Assembly (NCBI RefSeq): GCF_964204645.1
Contig: NC_134029.1
Span: 21,446,950 to 21,510,949 of the forward strand
Source of the DNA: Tubulanus polymorphus
Taxonomy: Eukaryota > Animalia > Nemertea
Direction of reading: 5' to 3'
DNA length: 64,000 nt
Shown here: positions 23,237 to 64,000 of the stretch, one piece after another
Position numbering within the stretch: position 1 is the stretch's first letter
Layout: each line of letters begins with the position of its first letter
The notes under the pieces: generated by a model
The model's input: the letters and a program-made list of their open reading frames with translations, nothing else
Told to the model about the DNA's origin: nothing
The model's database searches: none
Position numbers and translations under genes: made by a program

Positions 23237-25113
23237 TTATGCCTCTTGCACAACCGTCGTCTTTTCGCTGACGTAAACACCATCCAAGAATTTACGGATA
23301 TCTTTGTTTTTCACCGTAGTTGACTGTTGGATGAGAGCCGCTGAAAAGAGATCGATACATTTTAATGGCTATCATAAAAGAGAAGAATTTGCCTGCGAAA
23401 TTGATCAATCATTTTTTGAAATATGTTTAGTACCCCCTTTGTTCCCAAGGGAGTTTTAAGGCAACTCGGCGAGTCCCAAAATATTTATAAATGGTAAAAC
23501 TCGAGTGTTTAGACAAGATATTCCATGAGAAAATGCACAAAAATCTGGAGATGTTATCCAAACCATGTCCATGAATAATTAGGATCATGGACGTATAAAC
23601 TAGATGCAAATAAAGTGCGAGCGGCTGTTATCAGCGGGGCCTTTGATCTGATAGCTGGTGCGCTGTCCTTCTAGTTTATACATCCATGTTAGGATATGGC
23701 TAATGCTTGTCACTATGTATTGCCATTGAAAAGTATTAGACAATCACTTCCTTGAATTTTTAGCCCATTACCAATATTTAAGGAGTAAAATGTAATTTCT
23801 TCAATCAAAACGAGTTTTCAACGAGTAATATGAACCCTGAATAGAAGTATAAAATAATATCTATCTCTACCTGAATGGGACACATCCTCGATGTCATTTC
23901 CTTCTAAGATAATTTCATCTTTAACACCCGATAGTCTGCACAGGACACCCTTAGCCATCGACACGCGTCTGTTGAATCGTTCGCCCAAAAAGTTACGGAT
24001 TTCGACCATGCTTCCATTTTCAGAAATGTTTATGTTGATCGGGAAATGAGCGTACACGGATTTCATTTTGTATTGGAATCCCTGAAAATAAACGAGCGAA
24101 TTACGACATGATTACAACGATATACAGTAGACCCTACTCGAGTCAGAACTGATCAAAGATCAACCCGGATATTTGTTGAAATATTTTTTTGCACTGTCTA
24201 TGAAATACGTAATATCCAATTTGGATAATGCTCAAGTCAATTTTACAGCCCCAAAAGATGCGACTTGATCAGAGTCTACTGTCATAGTCAACACTCATCA
24301 AGACTTATGGTTACATTATACAGCCAAGGCATCACATTCATTATTCTATATCTTCGAGTGCAGAAATATATTTGCAACTTAATCAACTAAGTAGAAGTCG
24401 TCATTTGGATAAGTCGTCAACATAGATCGTCTCAAGTACAATGACCAGGTGAGCTTCACTTTTTAAGACTGGCCAGGACCTAAATGAGCTTTTTCTTTAT
24501 CTTTCTGAAGGTCTCCACAGAGGACCAACATCGCTAGACATTTCAACTAAAAGGTAAAGTAAACAGCCAACTCCACGATGAAGGATGACCACCGAACTAA
24601 ATCTACTGCGAGCTAGGTGTTATATCCAGAGATATATGGACCATTAAATTTTGACGTACCTTTGTAACACCCTTGAACATATTCTGGATATGTGAACAGA
24701 CAGTTCGGACAGCAGCCAATTCTTTGCGCGTTCCGAACCATTTCTCAACGAGAATTATGTTTCCCTTCTTGCTCATTTCAATGTAAGCATGTTTGAAGTC
24801 ACGTCTAAGGACGCCACGTGGGCCTTTCACTGTCACCCGTCGGGCTTTGATGGTGACTTCAACTGAAATTCAGAATTGACGCAAATCATCAGAAACGATC
24901 AACATAACTTTTAGTCACGACACATTTCAGGTGTTCTAAATTAAGTGAAACCTCACAGAATGCTCAGCCAAGGGCCAGGACTCCCAAGAATCCAGGGTAC
25001 ACGAAGAATTCCTGGCTTAAAAAGTTTATCAGGTGGGCACTGACAGATGAGTTGATTTAGTACTTACTTCCCTTAGGGATTTTCACGGTCTCATTCAATC
25101 TAATGGTCTTCAT
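23237..25113 (-). CDS. RPL9: 60S ribosomal protein L9 (uL6), 4 coding exons, 187 aa
   Basis: Exons 25113-25068, 24862-24660, 24081-23871, 23340-23237 total 564 nt: MKTI...[14 protein letters not shown]...[16 protein letters not shown]...YAHFPIN...EIRNFLGE...[25 protein letters not shown] minus-strand AATAAA follows the stop (~23211-23220). Confidence 0.97.
23586..23688. mobile_element. Small MITE in RPL9 last intron
   Basis: 19-bp TIRs catggacgtataaactaga / tctagtttatacatccatg (1 mismatch) flanked by the direct repeat TTAGGAT. Confidence 0.7.
24126..24281. mobile_element. Degenerate Tc1/mariner-like MITE in RPL9 intron
   Basis: Imperfect TIRs acagtagaccctactcgagtc / gacttgatcagagtctactgt; TA at the left end. 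Confidence 0.45.
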
Positions 25114-25576
25114 TTCTACAAACATAAAAAATATAATTCAAGAAAAAGCAAGGCCAAAACTTTGAGATGATCAAATATCAATTCTTCAGGATTAATTCGT
25201 AAGAACAAATTAAATTCTACAACGACAATGTTCATTCCAACTAGGAATGGCGTTGAATTACGAAAGAAAATGTTCAAATTACTCCGAAATCAAGGATTGA
25301 AGCCCCTTATTGAAACATATATCCAATTTCTAAACGTATCAAATGAATGACACGGTATTTCTCGGGGTAAAGGACCAGTTAGGTGTAGGCCATGTTTTCC
25401 GTACGAATTTTAGAGCCGGATTTTTGACAATGTAGACACAAAATCCATGAAATACGAACGATAACACTCGTGACTTATTCTTACGATTAGAACAATAAAT
25501 ATTCAAAGCGCCACAACGAGAGATGGGCCGTAAAAATACCGATAAATGTGGTGATATCAGAATAAATTCTATTTAC

Positions 25577-25605
25577 CGAAAACTTATGGCCGCCGGAAGA
25601 GGAAG
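25577..25605 (-). promoter_or_regulatory. RPL9 TCT initiator / 5'TOP and short non-coding exon 1
   Basis: Minus strand reads CTTCCTCTTCCGGCGGCCATAAGTTTTCG|gtaaat: pyrimidine tract, YY1-like GGCCAT, then a splice donor. The matching acceptor tgtag| is at 25115, just before the ATG. An NRF1-like GCGCAGGCGCA lies at ~25618-25628. Confidence 0.8.
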
Positions 25606-25925
25606 TAAACTGAATACGCGCAGGCGCACTCGGGTCAAAACACACGTTGACAGTTGTGAGAAATTTCGACAAAAAGTTGTTTTATTTCGTACCAGGTCCG
25701 TAGAATATTTTAGTGATTAATTCTGTGAATAAATTAAAGTATCCTCATCTTCTTAAGCGAGTTTTTGTGATCGATACAGACTGAAACTCCATTGTATTTG
25801 TACATTGATTAATTTTAGCTTAGTCTGTGTATTCATCTCCTGTTTTTTACTGAGTGACAGGGGGCTGTGTCAGATAGCGCTATAGGAGAAATCCCACTGC
25901 ATGTTAGGATCGGGGTTCAAGCTAA

Positions 25926-26332
25926 AGGCGCTTTTACGAAACTGAATCTTTGTAAATCGATTTAAGTTTCACGTTTACAGCACGCGGTTTAGTGAATCGG
26001 ATTTGGTAAATCAACTCGTTTATGGACGCGGTTTAGTAAACTGATTTATTAAATCGACTAACTTGCTCGGCGAGCAAGTTAGTGGCGATTTAGTCAGTGA
26101 AATCCAACATGGCGTCCTCTTCGACCGCGGGCTTAAGATATCTATCGCAGACCATCATCTATCAATAATTCGGTCACCGTTGACGCCCATTTTCTTTTGA
26201 ATCGCGACCTTTAAATTGATAAATTGATTCGACTCATTTACGAAAAACGATTCGATTTACTAAACCTTTTGTTTTCCGACATCGAATCGGATTTAGCTAA
26301 ACCGAATCAGATTCAATTTCGTAAAAGCGCCT
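25926..26332. mobile_element. PIF/Harbinger-type MITE (407 bp)
   Basis: 24-bp TIRs aggcgcttttacgaaactgaatct / agattcaatttcgtaaaagcgcct (1 mismatch) with TAA duplicated at 25923-25925 and 26333-26335. Subterminal gattt(a/g)gtaaa-like repeats. Confidence 0.85.
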
Positions 26333-27157
26333 TAAGATAATATGTAAATATTTCAATGGGCCAGGCATTAACAACATCGCTGTGATATGTTGTTCTGTTG
26401 GAATCCAACAAAAACATCATTTTTTCCCTTGGACCTAGTAGACTGGAATATTGTGGCTTGCTCGGTGAATTCTTTCCAGTGTCATAACTTGCTGCAATGA
26501 AGTAAACCTTTTTGTATTTCAACTGTTACCTTCACGTTGCTGACCTATGCTTGCCTCAATGGACTATGAATTGGGAATATCTCCAGACTGCTACCATATG
26601 TGCTACTGGCGTAATCTTCAAACTAATATAGACAGCCAGTATATGGTAGAAGAAGGCTAAGTCTGAATATTATGATGAATGGGTTCCCTAATTAGTCTGA
26701 ATACCGGACGATGTATGGGTTTCCTATAATAATGTTTCTCAGGGACAACGGCTAGATACAGTATTAAACTGCAGTTCCCCTTGCTTGTTTGGGAGGGATA
26801 ATGGCTATAGATACTATTATAGATTATATTGAACTAGGCCTAAAAAAGTATCAGGCATCATGAGTTATAGCCTAAGATGACTAAATAAATGGAAATAAAT
26901 GAAATTCTAACATCTGACATGATGGAATAATTGATTGTTCTCACATTAACCAATAGCCTTTAGATACTGACTGGAATTGAGACAAACTAAAATGTTTAAT
27001 CCGTGCAATGAAAAGTAGCGTTGTAGATCTCTATCTCAACGACGAACCAACAGCCAGACAGCAACGACTTCGAAGAAATTAACCATAGTCTTCATTCCAC
27101 AAGCGTTCGATAAGTGATGATTTTATTGTTGTTAATTTTTAGATTTGAGTTGAAAGA

Positions 27158-59998
<32,841 letters not shown>

Positions 59999-61564
59999 AA
60001 TCATTCTCTCAAATTAACTAAACTATATTCCTAGATGCGAAGTGTTGTACTGCATGTTAAAAGGAAATACCGAATTTTGTCATAGCGTTTTGAATGAAGA
60101 TACAGATCCTTTTGGCGGAATGGGGTTAACTCCGAGCGCACACTAAACTGTATTATTAGTTTTAATTCTGAATATTGAAAACTCACAGGCAATTTCATAG
60201 TCGATTATGTAAGCTATTTCTGTTATATGAATGGATCAATTAGTTCTATGTTGATAATTCCGCTTCATTGTATTCGCCGATAACATTTGAAACGTTGTGT
60301 GCAATAGAAATAAGACACTAAGTCAATCGTAATGAGTAATACTATTAGCTCTACTGTTGTGATCTTTCACATGCCTTCCTTTATCAACTGTACAGTACAG
60401 ATATATCATTATTTGTACAAAAAATGGATAATAAACTTGTTGTAATTTTTACAAATACGTGTGTATTGTTATCTTATTTTGTTGTTTAGTTGCGATTGTT
60501 GTTGGATACAGCCTAGATTTTTGAAACCAGAAATTGTTGAGGTGAACCAAGCTAAATAGATTTTAATGAAATTAGGCGCTATAATGCGATTATTGTTCGA
60601 ATTTTAATTGAGTTTGATGTCATTGGGTAAAATAATGTGGCAGTATTGTAGTTCTGCCCGCAATCAGTAGTGTCACATTGACCGTCAAGTGCTGCCCCTA
60701 TACACATGATTAGCGGCGAACACATGAACTAAGCTGATTAAACATTATTCCTACTGTGGCATGTGAGCAATAAGTTAGTTCCAATATTCACCGTCAACGA
60801 TGTGTATAGGGGCAGCACTTGAAGGTTATGATAATAAATAAATAAATCACATTTTATGTCATGTGTAAAATAAATAGAAATGCACAGTTGACAGTGTTCA
60901 ATTGCTACAACTACCTTTATTTTGTACTATCCTCAGAAGCCTCCCACATTCCCAAGTTTTACAAAAAAAAGCTCCCGACTAATTTTTTTGTTTCACAGAC
61001 ACCGAAAACTCTAATTCATCAAGTTGATGGTGAGAGTATACAGATGAAATGACTTGAGTCAGTATCTAGGCTAGCTTGTAAGGCTAGTATTACTAGACTA
61101 GGCTTAGACTAGAAACAAAGCCCTTATATGCGAACATCGGTAACTAAAAGAAATGCTTTTCATGTTTTTTATTACCAACAATTACAACAATTCAGTTACA
61201 CATTTATTTCGAATAATATATAATTTACCAGTAACAATATTAATCAATCAATTAATCGTATTTTTATACAAAAGATGTCTAGAAGGCAGTGTTGCCACGT
61301 TATCATCAGTTGAAAGGGTAAATAGTACCAATGTGTACTATCTCTGAAGAACTATAAGATTTATATTTTCCTACAAGAAAAATGCCGAGATCTAAGAATG
61401 TTTGCATTGCGAATGTCTGGTCATCTACATGGGTTAAGGTAGCAATTTGATGTTGAAGATTTCTAACAACATCAGACCTTCGTGACGAATTTTTTTGATT
61501 TATATCCGATTGGAAGTCGAAACATTCTAACTATTAACAGAAATCGTTTTTCTTTTCATTCCAG

Positions 61565-61727
61565 AGGTATACTTGGTATTGTCATGACGTCGTTCACTGT
61601 ATTCTGGTGTAGTTTATCGGCATCTAAATTGTTCGTGACTGCATTAGCGATGGATCACCAACAGCCCCTCGTCGCTTACCCATGCGCGCTTGTCTACGGA
61701 ATTGTTGCGCTGTTAACAGTTTTCTAA
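61565..61727 (+). other. YIPF5: YIPF5 terminal exon, copy 2 (intact acceptor and frame)
   Basis: ttccag|AGGTATACTTGG...TTCTAA; one amino-acid change (YGIFA to YGIVA). Confidence 0.85.
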
Positions 61728-62584
61728 AATCATTCTCTCAAATTAACTAAACTATATTCCTAGATGCGAAGTGTTGTACTGCATGTTAAAAGGAAATACC
61801 GAATTGTCATAGCGTTTTAAATGAAGATACAAATCCTTTTGGCGGAATGGGGTTAACTCCGAGCGCGCACTAAACTGTATTATTAGTTTTAATTCTGAAT
61901 ATTGAAACTCCCAGGCAATTTCATAGTCGATTATGTAAGCTATTTCTGTTATATGAATGGATCAATTAGTTCTATGTTGATAATTCCGCTTCATTGTATT
62001 CGCCGATAACATTTGAAACGTTGTGTGCAATAGAAATAAGACACTAAGTCAATCGTAATGAGTAATAGTGTCAGCTCTACTGTTGTGATCTTTCACATGC
62101 CTTCCTTTATCAACTGTACAGTACAGATATATCATTATTTGTACAAAAAATGGATAATAAACTTGTAATTTTTACAAATACGTGTGTATTGTTATCTTAT
62201 TTTGTTGTTTAGTTGCGATTGTTGTTGGATACAGCCTAGATTTTTGAAACCAGAAATTGTTGAGGTGAACCAAGCTAAATAGATTTTAATGAAATTAGGC
62301 GCTATAATGCGATTATTGTTCTAATTTTAATTGAGTTTGATGTCATTGAGTAAAAATTATGTGGCAATATTGTAGTTCTGCCCGCAATCAGTAGTGTCAC
62401 ATTGACCGTCAAGTGCTGCCCCTATACAGATCACTAGCGGTGAACACATGAACTAATCTAATTAAACGTTATTCCTACTGTGGCATGTGAGCAATAAGTT
62501 AGTTCCAATATTCACCGTCAACGATGTGTATAGGGGCAGCACTTGAAGGTTATGATAATAAATAAATAAATCACATTTTATGTC

Positions 62585-62937
62585 TTGTAATTTGCTTACC
62601 GAACCCCGTGAAAACCACTTAGATATAAATACCTTTCGGAACTTAGATGTATTAAAAAAATCCAACTTTAAATATGGCTAAATTAATCAAAATAGGTCTA
62701 GATGTATATAAATCCCGCCGGTAGTGTATGTATTGTAAATATATGTATTGTAAATAGTAAATAGTATATTTTGTACATAAGTGTGAGACCAGTTAATTAA
62801 GTTTTGTAGCTTTTATTACTGTTTATGTAATTATTGTAAATACTGTTTTCCTCCATATACCATGGAAATGGTTGGAGTGTAAATAAATATTCGTAAATAT
62901 TCGTAAATTCGTAAAATATTCGTAAATATTCGTATTC
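62585..62937 (+). mobile_element. 5'-truncated non-LTR retrotransposon-like insert with 31-bp target-site duplication
   Basis: Absent from unit 1; flanked by identical gataataaataaataaatcacattttatgtc at 62554-62584 and 62938-62968; ends in aataaa plus a tandem tattcgtaaa tail. Confidence 0.75.
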
Positions 62938-63674
62938 GATAATAAATAAATAAATCACATTTTATGTCATGTGTAAAATAAATAGAAATCCACAGTTGAC
63001 AGTGTTCAATTGCTACAACTACCTTATTTTGTACTATCCTCAGAAGCCTCCCACATTCCCAAGTTTTACAAAAAAAGCTCCTGACTTATTTTTTTGTTTC
63101 ACAGACACCGAAAACTCTAATTTATCAAGTTGATGATGAGAGTATACAGTTGAAATGACTTGAGTCAGTATCTAGGCTAGCTTGTAAGGCTAGTATTACT
63201 AGACTAGGCTTAGACTAGTTACAAAGCCCTTATATGCGAACATCGGTAACTAAAAGAAATGCTTTTCATGTATGTTTTTTATTACCAACAATTACAACAA
63301 TTCAGTTACACATTTATTTCGAATAATATATAATTTGCCAGTAACAATATTAATCAGTCAATTAATCGTATTTTTATACAAAAGATTTCTAGAAGGCAGT
63401 GTTGCCACGTTATCATCAGTTGAAAGGGTAAATAGTACCAATGTGTACTATCTCTGAAGAACTATAAGATTTATATTTTCCTACAAGAAAAATACCGAGA
63501 TCTGAGAATGTTTGCATTGCGAATGTCTGGTCATCTACATGGGTTAAGGTAGCAATTTGATGTTGAAGATTTCTAACAACGTCAGACCCTCGTGACGAAT
63601 TTTTTTGATTTATATCCGATTGGAAGTCGAAACATTCTAACTATTAACAGAAATTGTTTTTCTTTTCATTCCAG

Positions 63675-63837
63675 AGGTATACTTGGTATTGTCATGACGT
63701 CGTTGACTGTATTCTGGTGTAGTTTATCGGCATCTAAATTGTTCGTGACTGCATTAGCGATGGATCACCAACAGCCCCTCGTCGCCTACCCATGCGCGCT
63801 TGTCTACGGAATTTTTGCGCTGTTAACAGTTTTCTAA
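63675..63837 (+). other. YIPF5: YIPF5 terminal exon, copy 3 (intact acceptor and frame)
   Basis: ttccag|AGGTATACTTGG...TTCTAA; one amino-acid change (TSFT to TSLT) and one synonymous change (gct to gcc). Confidence 0.85.
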
Positions 63838-64000
63838 AATCATTCTCTCAAAATTAACTAAACTATATTCCTAGATGCGAAGTGTTGTACTGCATGTTAA
63901 AAGGAAATACCGAATTTTGTCATAGCATTTTGAATGAAGATACAGATCCTTTTGGCGGAATGGGGTTAACTCCGAGCGCACACTAAACTGTATTATTAGT

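Noticed and set aside
23625-23660. ATCAGCGGGG match to 28S rRNA suggesting a snoRNA guide
   Set aside because: It lies inside a MITE with clear TIRs and a direct-repeat flank, and no C box is correctly placed.

Overview
Eukaryotic (invertebrate metazoan, AT-rich, GT-AG introns) genomic window; species not determined. Exon chains were reconstructed by hand from splice sites and reading-frame phase. Gene order: C1orf43/NICE-3-like (-, probably running off the left edge); intronless class A GPCR (+); mitochondrial ribosomal protein mRpL28 (-, 8 exons), whose 13-kb intron holds an antisense 3-exon gene for a ~1149-aa mostly disordered protein with a possible INSYN1/PRR16-type N-terminal coiled coil; mRpL22 (+, head-to-head with mRpL28); cytosolic RPL9 (-, with TCT/5'TOP start); YIPF5 (+), whose 30-kb intron holds an antisense intronless Kekkon-like LRR-Ig receptor. 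The YIPF5 last exon and 3'UTR are tandemly triplicated, and mRpL28 has a diverged in-frame copy of its last exon beyond the GPCR. The window also has many MITEs, a tRNA-derived SINE, a truncated LINE-like insert with a 31-bp target-site duplication, a ~410-bp palindrome centred on (TA)n and a ~24-bp minisatellite. No CRISPR, rRNA or bona fide tRNA was found. Homology calls come from recalled protein sequences, not database searches.
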